A stretch of 64,000 nt of DNA from Candidatus Norongarragalinales archaeon (lineage in GTDB: Archaea > Micrarchaeota > Micrarchaeia > Norongarragalinales > Norongarragalinaceae), in contig JAWABJ010000001.1 of the NCBI GenBank assembly GCA_038884755.1, forward strand, positions 636,953 to 700,952. Reading direction: 5' to 3'. Numbering within the stretch: the first letter of the stretch is position 1; the number at the start of each line of letters is the position of its first letter. Below, piece after piece: positions 28,916 to 39,319 of this stretch. The position numbers and the translations under genes are program-made. The notes under the pieces are model-generated. The model was not told the origin of the DNA and ran no database searches. It saw only the letters and a list, made by a program, of their open reading frames with translations.

Positions 28916-29428
28916 TCAGGCTACTTTCTTGTTCAACAGGTTTTCGTCCAGCATCTCGTCCAAGTCGAACTTCGCATCGCCGCCGTAAAACTTTTGCCAA
29001 ATTTCGAAAACTGCAAGGTAAACCATTACAGCCAGAGCCACGCCTCCCGCAATCTGGTCGAGCGAGTGGACGCCGAGCCAAACCCTTGACAGCGATATTA
29101 TTACGGACAAGAAAAACAACGGGAGGAATAGGGACGTTCCTATCGCGCCCATGGCTAGGGCGGTTGTTGCTACGGCGTGCGTGGAGGGGAAGCCTTCGGA
29201 AGAAGGGCAGGGAATCTGACCGTTGCCCGCGATTTCACAAGGGCGTGGTTGGTCGAAAAAAGCTTTCAGGCCCACGCCCAGCGCCAAAGCCAAGACCAGC
29301 GAAATGACGAAAACCTTCTGGTTTTTGGCGAAAAAAAACACTAGAAGGAAGGCGACTGCAGCGTAGGCAAGGAAACCCCAAGTGCTGTGGAAGAAAAGCC
29401 CTATGGAATTGAAAACGGAGGTTAACAT
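28916..29428 (-). CDS. PAP2-superfamily lipid phosphatase (polyprenyl-diphosphate phosphatase-like)
   Basis: Acid phosphatase motifs KxxxxxxRP, PSxH (FPSTH), SR/HxxxD region. Confidence 0.65.
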   Translation of the reverse strand: MLTSVFNSIGLFFHSTWGFLAYAAVAFLLVFFFAKNQKVFVISLVLALALGVGLKAFFDQPRPCEIAGNGQIPCPSSEGFPSTHAVATTALAMGAIGTSLFLPLFFLSVIISLSRVWLGVHSLDQIAGGVALAVMVYLAVFEIWQKFYGGDAKFDLDEMLDENLLNKKVA

Positions 29429-29508
29429 GAGAAATCTCGAAAGGACTTAAGAAAACAAGGCTTTTTAGTCTTGCGAAAGCAAAAAAGTTTTGAAGAAAAT
29501 ACCTATAC

Positions 29509-29598
29509 GCCGGAGTAGCTCAGTTGGTTAGAGCGCTAGACTCATAAGCGCAACGCTGTGAAACCTAGAGGTCGGGTGTTCAATTCTCCCCTCCGGCA
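29509..29598 (+). tRNA. tRNA-Met or tRNA-Ile2 (CAU) elongator-type with ~16-nt intron after anticodon loop
   Basis: Acceptor GCCGGAG/CTCCGGC+A, D GCTC/GAGC, anticodon stem CTAGA/CCTAG (A31:C39 mismatch) loop CTCATAA, intron GCGCAACGCTGTGAAA, T-arm GGGTG-TTCAATT-CTCCC (one U:U). Confidence 0.65.
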
Positions 29599-29599
29599 T

Positions 29600-30364
29600 T
29601 CAACGCTTTTTCGCCACAGGCTTCATCAAAAGAAAATGCCTGTTTCCTTCAGAGTGGATGTAAATCCCGCGAAAGCCTTTCCAGTCCACGAACTTGTAGG
29701 CGGTTTCAAGCGGGTGCCCCTGCTCTTCGACCAACTCCAAAAGATAGTGCCTGCGCTGTTCGTTTAAATCGTGCAGTTGAGTTTTGACCGCGCTCAAGGT
29801 TTTGGTCTTATCCAAAGTAACCCGGTCCAAGCCCGCCAGTTTCGAAACGTCCATCTCTTTCTGGGGAAAATTCAGCCGCCCGCGAATGTAAAAACGGTGT
29901 TCGCCGGGACCGTACCTGTTCGCAACCCAGTCTGCAACCCTGAACCCCTCGTGGTTTACGTTGACTACCAAAGACGGGATGTTGTGGGGGCTCATGGTGC
30001 TTTGCTTCGTTCGATTGCCGAGCATTTCCTTGATGCGGGCATGCATCATCGTCGCTATCCCCAAACCGCGGTAGTCCCTGTGAACGCCGTTGAACAAAGT
30101 CAAAAACGAGTTTCCCTCGCCTTTCAACGCTATGTAAAAGCCGACAGGCGTTTTATCGTAAAAAGAAACCAAAACAATGCCCGGCCGTCCCAACTTAGGG
30201 TCGACTATCTGGAGCAACGCATCCTTACCCAGGTAAGGGTGTTTTTTTCTCTTGCCGCTCCTGCTCACGCTGGCGTGCAATTGAAGTTCTTCAAGCTGTT
30301 CCGCCAGCCTGTGCTCGTCAGGATGCAGTTCGCGAACCAAAATGTTTTCAGCGGGTTTTCTCAT
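29600..30364 (-). CDS. GNAT-family N-acetyltransferase with C-terminal extension
   Basis: Acetyl-CoA binding motif HRDYRGLGIATMMHARI. Confidence 0.55.
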   Translation of the reverse strand: MRKPAENILVRELHPDEHRLAEQLEELQLHASVSRSGKRKKHPYLGKDALLQIVDPKLGRPGIVLVSFYDKTPVGFYIALKGEGNSFLTLFNGVHRDYRGLGIATMMHARIKEMLGNRTKQSTMSPHNIPSLVVNVNHEGFRVADWVANRYGPGEHRFYIRGRLNFPQKEMDVSKLAGLDRVTLDKTKTLSAVKTQLHDLNEQRRHYLLELVEEQGHPLETAYKFVDWKGFRGIYIHSEGNRHFLLMKPVAKKR

Positions 30365-30375
30365 TCACACACCGT

Positions 30376-30873
30376 TCAAGCGTGAAACGCTTCCACAAAA
30401 TAGTCGCGCCCGTCCTTGCGCACGAAAATGTCGTGCATGGGAAGCGAACGCTGGTTTGACACGACGAACTCCTTCAGCATGAGTGAATCCGATGGAATCA
30501 TTTTCTCTGGAAGCTTGTCCAAATCGAACCACTCGACTTCCCCTTCTATCGAACGCGTCAATTGCAGTTGCTTCGGCTTCAGCTGCACTACAAAAAGCAG
30601 GAAATGCTGTTTTTCCTTTGCATTGTCCTGTGGCGTTATTATTTCCGAAGAAATGCCGCGCAGCGCCACGAACTCGCAATCCAAACCCGTTTCTTCGCGG
30701 GCTTCGCGCACCGCCGCTTCCTTAAGCGTTTCCCCGAAGTTTATCTTCCCGCCAGGAAAACCCCACTGGTCTTTGTAAAGCCGCTTTTCGTGCTTCAGCA
30801 GGAGAATCTTGTTTTCAAACAAAATCGCGTCAAGCACAACACCCAACGGCTTTTGCTCTTCCGCCCCGTTCAT
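30376..30873 (-). CDS. NUDIX hydrolase
   Basis: Nudix box [27 protein letters not shown]. Confidence 0.8.
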   Translation of the reverse strand: MNGAEEQKPLGVVLDAILFENKILLLKHEKRLYKDQWGFPGGKINFGETLKEAAVREAREETGLDCEFVALRGISSEIITPQDNAKEKQHFLLFVVQLKPKQLQLTRSIEGEVEWFDLDKLPEKMIPSDSLMLKEFVVSNQRSLPMHDIFVRKDGRDYFVEAFHA

Positions 30874-33515
30874 GAGAATTTTCCCCTCGCAAACGCCTTG
30901 TCCCCGCCGCCCTTGGCGCCCTTCGCCTTAAGCAGTTCAACCGCATTCTCCCCGCTTTGCGCGCCCGACGCCGCCGCAATAAACCCCTCCTTGTTCCAAA
31001 CTACCACGCTCGCGCGGGGGTTTAATTCTATCGTTTTCAACGCTATCTTCTCCAAAAGCCTCTGGGGCGCATTCAACTCCTGCGAAGTTTTATCTTTCAA
31101 AGAAAACTCGCGTGCGTAATTCTCCGCGTTCTTCTCCCACAAATCCTCGATTTCCTTCTTTTGCGCTTTCCACTCCTCAAAAAACCTTTGCACAGTCGAA
31201 GGCAACTCGTCCAAATGCACGCTCAAAACATCTGCAGCATCTTGCAAATACGCTTCGTGCTCGCTAACGTAAGCCAAAGCCCGGTCTCCGGCCTTGTAGC
31301 GTATTCTCAACACCCCGTCCTGAACTTGTTCTATGGCGGTTATTTTGATGAAACCTATATCCTTAGTATTTTCACAATGCGTCCCCCCGCAAGCTTGAAC
31401 GTCCCAACCTACGATTTCGACAATACGCACTTCGTCCGAAGGCGGCCCGCCTCCCTGGTAAATGCCAAAACCGTACTTTCGCTCAGCCTCTCCCCGCGGC
31501 TGGAAAGAACACTTGATTGGAAGGCCTTTGCGCACGACTTCGTTAGCCAAACGCTCTATCTCTCTCCTTTCCTCGCCAGTGATTTTCTTGTAATGCGTAA
31601 TGTTAACGTGCCCTTCATCCTCGTCTTTTCTCGAGCCGGCTTGCCAAACGTGCTTTCCCAAAACGTTTTGAGCCGCGCGAAGCACGACGTGCGTTGCAGA
31701 ATGGTGCTTTCGAATGTCCTCGCGGCGTTTTTCGTCGAGCTTCAGAGAAACTCCCTTGCCTTTCGCGAAAGGTGAGTGTTTTTCCAAACAGTGGACAACA
31801 ACGCCATCTTCCTTTTGTACATCACGAACAAAAACCCCGTCGATCCACCCGTGGTCTCCGCACTGCCCTCCGCCTTCGGGATAGAAAATAGTCTGGTCCA
31901 AAACGATTTTGTCTTCCTTCGAACCCATTACTTTCGCGTCCAAGGCGTAAGCGAAGGGCTTGTCGTAATAAACCAATTTCGTTGGCTTGAGCCCGTCGAA
32001 CTCTTTCTTTTTCGCTTGCGCCTGCTTTTCCAAAACGTGCTTTTCAGCAAGCTTCTTGTAAAAGTCGGTTGGAGCGGAAAGCTGCACGCCTTGCTGTTTC
32101 GAAACGCTTTCCACCAATTCAGGCGTAATCCCGTGGCTCTCGTACAAAACCATCATTTTGTCGGAAGTCAAAGGCTCTTTGCGCGAAATTATTTCGCGAA
32201 CCTTGTTCGAAGCGTTTTTCAGCGATTCTTCGTACTTCTGCTTTTCAACGTCTATTATTTCCTGCAGTGCAGGCAACCGTTCTTCAAACTCGGGCCACAA
32301 TTGCTTGAGTTCGCGCGCGTGGAGTTTCATCAAGTCCATCAAGCTCAAATTCAAGTTGTGGTCTTTCACGAACGAAAAGCAACGGCGGAACAACAAGCGA
32401 AGGTTATAGCCGCCTCCCGTGTTTGAGGGTATCGCACCGTCGCTCAACGCCATTAAAAGCGTACGCGAGTGGTCTGCCAAAGCGTAAATAGCTTGCATGG
32501 GCGCGATTTGCTTTTCCATCTCTTCGAGCGAAAGCCCGAGCATTGACGCTATCTTCTGCTTTTCCTCGCGCATATTACGAACGCTTTCAACGTCCAATCC
32601 TGCCGAGAGCGACGCGTATTTGCGCAAAAGCGCATCGTCAAAACGCAGTCCGGAGTGTTTTTTCGCGTACGCTATCACGGACGGAAAAACCGCATCGTAC
32701 GCGGTCAATTCGCCCGTGTAATACCACAACAACCTTTCAAAACCCCAGCCCACGTCTACCACGCGCATTGGAAGTTCTTTCGTCCCTTCCTTCGCGTCCC
32801 AGTAGTACTGCATGAAAACGCTATTCACTAGTTCGCTGCCATTCGCAAAGCTTTCGATGCACGGGCCGAACGCGCTGAAGTCTGGCATTGACCAAACGTC
32901 TTCGGCGTAAGTCAAATCGTTCTTGGGGACTTTCAAAACCTTAGTCAAAAAGTCGTAATTTAGCCGAATGCAATCGTCGAGCCAGTACGCTTTCTTGTCT
33001 TTCGGGTGGTTGAACGACTTTTGCCCGGCCATCATGAAGCCGGAAAAATGACGGCCCGTAACCCCGACGTTCGCAATGTCCACAAACCTCATGCAAGGCT
33101 GCGGCACGACCAAGGGATTCGCGGGGTATTCGAAAACTACTTTTCCGCCTTCCAACCTTTGAAAATCCACTACGTCAGCAATGACGAAAAACAAGTCGTC
33201 TCTCCACTTTGCGAGCAAAGGATAGCGTGGAATTACCTCGTGGTTGTTTTTCTTCCAGAAGTCGGCGAATTTCTTCCAAAACGCGGCGTAGCTCTCGCGC
33301 AAAGGCGTTTTCTTGAAGAAAGAGTATTCCTCGTGAGAACTGTCTCCGCACGAGTCGCTTCCGCCCGCAGTCCAATAGTTTTTGCCGCACTTTACGCACG
33401 TTTTCCTCACAAAACCCTGCTCGTCGAACAATTTCGTTTTATAATATTTCGTAGGGTTTTTGGAAAACTCGTCTTTCAAGCGTTCTTTCGACACTCCAGG
33501 CAAGTAAAGAGGCAT
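30870..33515 (-). CDS. alaS: alanyl-tRNA synthetase (archaeal type); start moved to MPLYLPGV...
   Basis: Class II core, editing domain HxxxH/CxxxH (HSATH...CGGTHC), ~880 aa; ORF-track N-extension would overlap RNase P RNA. Confidence 0.9.
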   Translation of the reverse strand: MPLYLPGVSKERLKDEFSKNPTKYYKTKLFDEQGFVRKTCVKCGKNYWTAGGSDSCGDSSHEEYSFFKKTPLRESYAAFWKKFADFWKKNNHEVIPRYPLLAKWRDDLFFVIADVVDFQRLEGGKVVFEYPANPLVVPQPCMRFVDIANVGVTGRHFSGFMMAGQKSFNHPKDKKAYWLDDCIRLNYDFLTKVLKVPKNDLTYAEDVWSMPDFSAFGPCIESFANGSELVNSVFMQYYWDAKEGTKELPMRVVDVGWGFERLLWYYTGELTAYDAVFPSVIAYAKKHSGLRFDDALLRKYASLSAGLDVESVRNMREEKQKIASMLGLSLEEMEKQIAPMQAIYALADHSRTLLMALSDGAIPSNTGGGYNLRLLFRRCFSFVKDHNLNLSLMDLMKLHARELKQLWPEFEERLPALQEIIDVEKQKYEESLKNASNKVREIISRKEPLTSDKMMVLYESHGITPELVESVSKQQGVQLSAPTDFYKKLAEKHVLEKQAQAKKKEFDGLKPTKLVYYDKPFAYALDAKVMGSKEDKIVLDQTIFYPEGGGQCGDHGWIDGVFVRDVQKEDGVVVHCLEKHSPFAKGKGVSLKLDEKRREDIRKHHSATHVVLRAAQNVLGKHVWQAGSRKDEDEGHVNITHYKKITGEERREIERLANEVVRKGLPIKCSFQPRGEAERKYGFGIYQGGGPPSDEVRIVEIVGWDVQACGGTHCENTKDIGFIKITAIEQVQDGVLRIRYKAGDRALAYVSEHEAYLQDAADVLSVHLDELPSTVQRFFEEWKAQKKEIEDLWEKNAENYAREFSLKDKTSQELNAPQRLLEKIALKTIELNPRASVVVWNKEGFIAAASGAQSGENAVELLKAKGAKGGGDKAFARGKFS

Positions 33516-33560
33516 AATCGCTTTTACTCGCTCAAAGTTTAAAAGAGTGAAGAGGAACGG

Positions 33561-33886
33561 GGGTGTCGGGTCGTAGTCCGCTTTTTGTTGCTCGCGACAT
33601 CCGTCTAAGCGTCCGGCAAACGGGACTTGCACCCCTTATAGCCCAGCTCGTTTCACCCGACTTCCGCGCAACGTCACATTACGGTCATACTGCGCGCGGT
33701 TCGGTATCGTTTCTATTCCAGGCTCGCGCCCAAAACGCGGGCACTTGCGTGCCTCCGTCCTTTGCTTTCTTTGATTGAACTTTCTTTCTCAAAGAAAGTT
33801 CAGGAGGGTGAGCGGAACTTCCTCAGCTGCCTCCCCTTATGCAGGAAAGGCTACCGACAGTCGCGCACCCAACACCCTTAAAGTAA
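33561..33886 (-). ncRNA. rnpB: RNase P RNA
   Basis: Minus strand: P4 5' strand GAGGAAGUUCCGCUC (bulged U) and P4 3' strand ACAAAAAGCGGACUAC match universal CR-I/CR-V; P1 formed by 5' GGGUGUUGGGU / 3' ACCCGACACCC; contains a GAACUUUCUUUCUCAAAGAAAGUUC hairpin insertion (33777-33801). Confidence 0.65.
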
Positions 33887-34130
33887 GTATGCCCGAAGGG
33901 GCTTAAAAACGTAGTTGAAGTGAATAAAACGGCATTGGAAAGAAAGCTTGCAGAAACGAGAAAAAGAAAAAAAAAAGAAAATAAAAAGGAAAAAAGATTT
34001 TTTTTGAAATCCTCAACGAATTTATCTGCGTCTGCGTCTCTTTGCCATTTGTCGTATTCACCCGCTGAATTTCAAAAATTTTAATTCATCATCCGAATTC
34101 GATATATAAACATTTGCAAAAGTGATTTGA

Positions 34131-34835
34131 ATGGAAAAAAATTCGGAAAAACTGTCTGAAGCGTTTTATTCTGCTGAAGCAATGCTCGGAAAAAACTATT
34201 TCGTGCACGCTTCGTTCGAAAAATACGCCGGGCTCAAAGCCAAAGTCGAGTTCAAGGACGGAAAAATAATCGCGAAAGCGAGCGACGGTTTCGAAAACGC
34301 AGAGCGCGACGTGCTCGTAGGGTTGGCGCTGGTCCTTTTGGGCGGAATGTTTCGAAAACGCATAGACAACGCTTACACGAAAGCTTACAAAGAGTTTTCC
34401 ACGCGCGAGTCGTCAAGCGAATACCACGACACGCTGCGCAAGCTGCGGGGGCACAAGAGAAATTTGGATCCGAAAGGAAAATATTACAATCTAACCCCCA
34501 TTCGCGACACTTTGTTCATGCTTTACCCGCACGTTCTCGGGCAAACGCCCCAACCCGCCATAGGGTGGAGCGAAAAAAAGAGCAAACGCATTTTGGGTTT
34601 TCACGACGGCGCTTTCAACGCCATCACGATCAACAGAATTCTCGACTCCGAACGCGTTCCGTTGTTCGTAGTGCAGTACGTCGTGTTTCACGAATTGCTG
34701 CACTGCAAGCACAAAGTGCTTTTCCAAAGGGGCGAGAGCATGCGGCGCACCGTACATCCGAAGGCGTTCAAGGACGACGAGAAAATGTTTTCATTGGCTG
34801 AGAAAGCAGAAGAGTGGGTTCAACGGAACCTATAA
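34131..34835 (+). CDS. HExxH zinc-metallopeptidase-like protein (DUF45/SprT-like family)
   Basis: FHELLHCKH motif near C-terminus in a ~230-aa protein; TATA-like ttcgatatataaac ~30 nt upstream. Confidence 0.5.
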   Translation: MEKNSEKLSEAFYSAEAMLGKNYFVHASFEKYAGLKAKVEFKDGKIIAKASDGFENAERDVLVGLALVLLGGMFRKRIDNAYTKAYKEFSTRESSSEYHDTLRKLRGHKRNLDPKGKYYNLTPIRDTLFMLYPHVLGQTPQPAIGWSEKKSKRILGFHDGAFNAITINRILDSERVPLFVVQYVVFHELLHCKHKVLFQRGESMRRTVHPKAFKDDEKMFSLAEKAEEWVQRNL

Positions 34836-34890
34836 CAAAAATCAACCAAACCAATAAATAGCAGCTATATCAATTGATATACGATGCGTT

Positions 34891-35175
34891 ATGGAGAGTG
34901 AAGTGATTTTCAAAAGCAAAGTCTTGCGTTTCCCTACGCTGGATACGGTCTTGATGATTGAAAAAGCGGCCAAGAAGTCGTACGGCGAGAAAACCTTAAC
35001 CCAGCTTTGGAAGTCTCTTCCGAAAAAAGTGATGTGGCAAACCTTCAAGACCACCATAGACTATCTAATTTATTCAGGCAAAATTCTTATCGACAAGAGA
35101 GATAATACGGTAATCTGGACTTGGGACCCCGAAGGAATAGAAAAACTGAAAAAACGGGGCCTAATTATTAGATGA
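34891..35175 (+). CDS. hypothetical small protein, likely antitoxin partner of downstream RelE/ParE-like gene (stop overlaps next ATG: ATGA)
   Basis: 94-aa ORF; 4-nt overlap with toxin-like gene. Confidence 0.4.
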   Translation: MESEVIFKSKVLRFPTLDTVLMIEKAAKKSYGEKTLTQLWKSLPKKVMWQTFKTTIDYLIYSGKILIDKRDNTVIWTWDPEGIEKLKKRGLIIR

Positions 35176-35490
35176 TAGGAAAGACTAAAACGGGTAGCTT
35201 TTGCTGACGAGAAAACGAAACTAGAGTTTCAAAAACTTGACTGCGGAAGGTTTGAAGAAAAACAGCTTTTCGAAAGTGTTAGAAAAACCATCGATGTCCT
35301 GATCGAGAATCCTTTCGTTGGAGTCAAAATTCCAAGAAAACTGTGGCCTAGAGGGTATGCGGCATATGGGATTAAGAGCTTGTGGAAATACAATCTCCCG
35401 AACGGTTGGAGGTTAATCTACACCGTAAAAAGCAACGATGCTGAAATCATTGCAACAATCATCGAGTGGTTCGGCTACAAAAGCAAGTGA
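35172..35490 (+). pseudogene. RelE/ParE-family toxin gene disrupted by a +1/-1 frameshift after codon ~8
   Basis: ATG at 35172 gives MIGKTKTGSFC-stop; shifted frame continues ...VAFADEKTKLEFQKLD...IENPFVGVKIPRKLWPRGYAAYGIKSLWKYNLPNGWRLIYTVKSNDAEIIATIIEWFGYKSK, a clear RelE/ParE fold signature without any in-frame start. Confidence 0.55.
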
Positions 35491-35491
35491 G

Positions 35492-35797
35492 TTAAAACGC
35501 GTAGAGCTTGCGCTTGAAATCCCGCACTTTGCTTCCCTTGAAGCGAATTCCTTCGCGAGAAAGCAGTCTTTTCTTTGCCGCGGGACCGCTTTCGAAACCG
35601 CCGAGCGTTCCGTCGCTTTTCACAACCCTATGGCACGGGCATTTCGGCATTCCCGGGCTTTTGTTCAAAGCGTTGCCTACAGCGCGCGCTGCTCGCGGCT
35701 TTCCGATTGCTTTCGCTACAAGCGCGTAAGTGGAAACCCTGCCTTTGAGAATTCTTGCCGCAGCCTTGTGAACTTTTTCAGTAAAATCCATTTTCAT
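35492..35797 (-). CDS. ogt: methylated-DNA-protein-cysteine methyltransferase C-terminal domain protein (Ogt/MGMT DNA-binding domain); start moved to MKMDFTE
   Basis: PCHRVV active-site motif; 4-nt overlap with pyrI start. Confidence 0.7.
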   Translation of the reverse strand: MKMDFTEKVHKAAARILKGRVSTYALVAKAIGKPRAARAVGNALNKSPGMPKCPCHRVVKSDGTLGGFESGPAAKKRLLSREGIRFKGSKVRDFKRKLYAF

Positions 35798-36261
35798 CCC
35801 AGCAATTGCTTTTCCTTGAAAACCTGGTTGCAATATGCACAACGCAGCTTGACCGGTTCCCTCTCCTCGACGATAAACTTGAATTGCACAGTCTTGTTGC
35901 TCTCGCAACTCGCGTTAGGGCATTTCGCCACGTCCGTAATGACTTCGGGCAAAGAAACGCGAAATTTTTCGACAGCCTTGTAATCGCGAACAATATTCAC
36001 GCTTATGTAAGGAGAGAGTATCGCCAGTTTTTCCAATTCGCTCTTCCCGATTTCCTTGCCCTCGATTTTAATCAAATCCTTGAGCCCGAATTTCGTGCTC
36101 GGAACGTTAGTCAAAAGGGTTATCGAGCCTGGAAAGCTTTCGTCGATTCCCAAAATCCTCAACACCAAGAAACTCCTGCCTGCCGGAATGTGGTCTATTA
36201 CTATGCCCCGCTCGATTTTCCTCGCCTTCAAAAACTCGTTGTCTTCGCTCAAATCACTCAA
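35794..36261 (-). CDS. pyrI: aspartate carbamoyltransferase regulatory subunit
   Basis: Allosteric + Zn domain with C-x4-C...C-x2-C (CPNASCESN...CAYCNQ); 155 aa. Confidence 0.8.
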   Translation of the reverse strand: MSDLSEDNEFLKARKIERGIVIDHIPAGRSFLVLRILGIDESFPGSITLLTNVPSTKFGLKDLIKIEGKEIGKSELEKLAILSPYISVNIVRDYKAVEKFRVSLPEVITDVAKCPNASCESNKTVQFKFIVEEREPVKLRCAYCNQVFKEKQLLG

Positions 36262-39200
36262 CCCTCTCGAATTGTTTTGCCGTTTCCAAAGCCACGTCGT
36301 TCAACGAAATGATTCCGAAGTCCTTGAATTTATGCAGGCTGTCGGCAATGCGAACGGCCTGAAACGCACCCATGACCAAAGGAATCTTGCGCGCTATCGC
36401 CTTTTTCCTCAATTCGCTTTCCTTCGCGTTGTTGAAACTCACGACGAAAGAAACCTCTCCTTGTTCCATCAGCTCCCGCCAGTCTTGCGCGTTCGTATAA
36501 ACTTTCAAGCCCGCATCTGAATACTTGTGCACCAAGAGTTTTTTCCACTTTCCGCAATCGCCGACGAAAACGCTTTTGCCGAAGCGCATTCCGGCTGCGA
36601 GCAGCGCTTTCCCGAACGCTTCCTCGAAATTGTCCGCGATTCCCATGGTTTCGCCGGTGGATTTCATTTCCGCGCCTACGACAGGGTCAACTTCGGGAAA
36701 GCGGTTGAACGGGAAAACGGGCATTTTAACGCAGTAGTATTTCGATTCGGCAATTTCCGGAAACCCTTCGAGAGTCATTACTCCCGCCTGGATTTTAGCA
36801 GCTATCTTTGCAATGGGCATTCCTATTGCTTTACTAACGAAAGGAACGGTTCGCGAAGCGCGCGGGTTAACTTCCAAAACGAACGCTTCGTCGCCCTTAA
36901 CAACGATTTGAATGTTGCATAGTCCTTTGATTTGCATGGCGAGAGCGATTTTCTTTGAATAATCGATGGCTTTAGCTTTCGCTTTTGGCGAAATGCTTAT
37001 CGTGGGTATGACGCAAGCGCTGTCTCCCGAATGAATTCCGGCTTCGTCAACCTGTTCCATCACTCCCGCAATAAACACTTTCGAACCGTCGCCCACCAAG
37101 TCAATGTCGAGTTCGGTTGCGTCTTCAATAAAGTGGTCTATGAGCAGCGGGTGTCCTTCGGAAACGTCAATCGCTTCGACGATTTTCTCGCGCAACTCGC
37201 TTTCATTATGCACCAAATGCATTGCCCTTCCGCCCAAAACGTAAGAAGGGCGGATGAGCAGGGGATAGCCGACATCTGAAGCGATGGCAAACGCCTCTTG
37301 CTCGTCAAACGCCAACCCGCTTTCGACAATCGGAATTTTCAAGTCTTTCATGAGTTTCTTGAACTTCTTGCGGTCTTCAGCAATGTCGATGGCTTCAACG
37401 CTCGTTCCTAGAATGGGAATTTTGTTTTCGCGCAAAGGCAATGCCAAGTTTATGGACGTCTGGCCGCCGAACTGCACTGCTACGCCTTCAATCTCGCCTT
37501 CTTGCTTTACGACGTTCAAAACGTCTTCAATCTTCAAAGGCTCGAAATACAAACGCGAGGAAATGTCGAAGTCAGTGGAAACAGTCTCGGGATTGTTGTT
37601 TATGATAATGGCTTCAAAACCCTCTTCCTTCAACGCTGCAACGGCATGCACCGTGCAGTAATCGAATTCTATTCCCTGCCCGATGCGTATTGGCCCGGAC
37701 CCGAGAATTATTACCTTGCGTTTTGCTTTTCCAGGCTCAACCTCGTTTTGCCCGTCGGACGTCGAATAGTAATAAGGCGTCAAAGCTTGAAATTCGCCTG
37801 CGCAAGTGTCGACCATCTTGAAGGAAGCGTGCAGCCCTTGCTTTTCGCGCATGAAGCGGATTACTTCAACCGAACGGCCGGAGTATTTGCTCACCATCAC
37901 GTCCGACAACGATTGTTTCTTGGCTTTCTCGAGCGTATCCTCGTTGAAATTGTCTTTCAACTCTTCCTCGACCAACGCAACGTTCTTGATTTTCTCCAAA
38001 AACCAAGGATTGATTTTCGTAGCGTGAGCAATTTCCTCGACTGAATAGCGTTTTAACGCGGCGAGCAAGTCGAAAATGCGCGTTTCAGTAGGCTTTTCTA
38101 ACGCCTCCAGCGAAACGAGCTTCGAGTATCTCCTCTTCTCGACCGAACGCAACGCCTTGTTGTACGCTTCTTCGAAAGTCCTTCCAATCGCCATCGTTTC
38201 GCCAGTGGAACGCATGCTCGTTCCAATCTCGTTTTCAGCATACAGTTTGTCGAAAGGCCAGCGAGGCACTTTCAACACAACGTAATCAAGCGCAGGTTCA
38301 AACATCGCGCTTTTACCCGTAATCTCGTTTTCCACGTCAATCAAAGAATATCCTAGCGCGAGTTTCGCGGCAATGCGCGCAATCGGATAGCCAGTCGCCT
38401 TAGATGCAAGCGCGCTCGAACGCGAAGTGCGCGGGTTGACTTCTATAACGTAGTATTCGCCTGAAGACTGGTCTAGAGCGAATTGAATGTTGCACGCTCC
38501 AACCACGCCCAACGCGCGTACGACTTTAATCGCAGCACTTCGCAGTTTCTGGTGGTCGTCGTCGCTCAGAGTTTGCGCTGGCGCGACTACGACGCTTTCG
38601 CCCGTATGAATGCCCATAGGGTCGATATTTTCCATGCTGCAAATGGTAATGCAATTGTCGAAAGAATCGCGTATAACCTCATACTCCATTTCGCACAAAC
38701 CGGCAACGCTCTTCTCCACCAAAAGCTCGCCGGACCCGCTCGAGGCAAAGCAACTCTTGCCTTTTTCCTCGATTTCTTCTTCCCGCTCGACAATCATTGT
38801 TCCCATTCCACCCAAATTGAAGTCAGGGCGCAGGATTACGGGCAAGCCAATCGTTCCAACCGCTTTCTTCAACTCTTCAATATTCTTCACGCGCAAGCTC
38901 TGAGGAACCGGCTCGCCAATCTTCAAAAGCAAATCCCTGAATTTCTCCCTGTCTTCAGCCAATTCGATAGTTTCAATGCTCGTTCCCAAAACTTTGACTC
39001 CTTTTTCCTTCAGGAAATCGCGCAGTTCAATCGCTAGGTTAAGGCTGGTTTGCCCGCTCATGGTCGCAATAAACCCGTCCGGCTTTTCCTTTTCTATTAT
39101 TTTGCGGATTGTTTCGCCAGTCAAAGGCTCAAGATACACAATATCGGCTGTATCCAAGTCTGTTTGAATCGTGGCAGGGTTGGAATTAACCAAAACCACT

Positions 39201-39319
39201 TGCACTCCTTCTTCTTTCAAAGCCAAGCAAGCTTGCGCTCCGCTGTAATCGAATTCTGCAGCTTGTCCAATAACTATGGGGCCGCTTCCAACAAGCAAGA
39301 CTTTCTTTGGCTTGTTCAT
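36254..39319 (-). CDS. carB: carbamoyl-phosphate synthase large subunit; start moved to MNKPKKVLLVGSG
   Basis: Two ATP-grasp repeats, oligomerisation and MGS-like domains; ~1020 aa. Confidence 0.95.
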   Translation of the reverse strand: MNKPKKVLLVGSGPIVIGQAAEFDYSGAQACLALKEEGVQVVLVNSNPATIQTDLDTADIVYLEPLTGETIRKIIEKEKPDGFIATMSGQTSLNLAIELRDFLKEKGVKVLGTSIETIELAEDREKFRDLLLKIGEPVPQSLRVKNIEELKKAVGTIGLPVILRPDFNLGGMGTMIVEREEEIEEKGKSCFASSGSGELLVEKSVAGLCEMEYEVIRDSFDNCITICSMENIDPMGIHTGESVVVAPAQTLSDDDHQKLRSAAIKVVRALGVVGACNIQFALDQSSGEYYVIEVNPRTSRSSALASKATGYPIARIAAKLALGYSLIDVENEITGKSAMFEPALDYVVLKVPRWPFDKLYAENEIGTSMRSTGETMAIGRTFEEAYNKALRSVEKRRYSKLVSLEALEKPTETRIFDLLAALKRYSVEEIAHATKINPWFLEKIKNVALVEEELKDNFNEDTLEKAKKQSLSDVMVSKYSGRSVEVIRFMREKQGLHASFKMVDTCAGEFQALTPYYYSTSDGQNEVEPGKAKRKVIILGSGPIRIGQGIEFDYCTVHAVAALKEEGFEAIIINNNPETVSTDFDISSRLYFEPLKIEDVLNVVKQEGEIEGVAVQFGGQTSINLALPLRENKIPILGTSVEAIDIAEDRKKFKKLMKDLKIPIVESGLAFDEQEAFAIASDVGYPLLIRPSYVLGGRAMHLVHNESELREKIVEAIDVSEGHPLLIDHFIEDATELDIDLVGDGSKVFIAGVMEQVDEAGIHSGDSACVIPTISISPKAKAKAIDYSKKIALAMQIKGLCNIQIVVKGDEAFVLEVNPRASRTVPFVSKAIGMPIAKIAAKIQAGVMTLEGFPEIAESKYYCVKMPVFPFNRFPEVDPVVGAEMKSTGETMGIADNFEEAFGKALLAAGMRFGKSVFVGDCGKWKKLLVHKYSDAGLKVYTNAQDWRELMEQGEVSFVVSFNNAKESELRKKAIARKIPLVMGAFQAVRIADSLHKFKDFGIISLNDVALETAKQFERVE

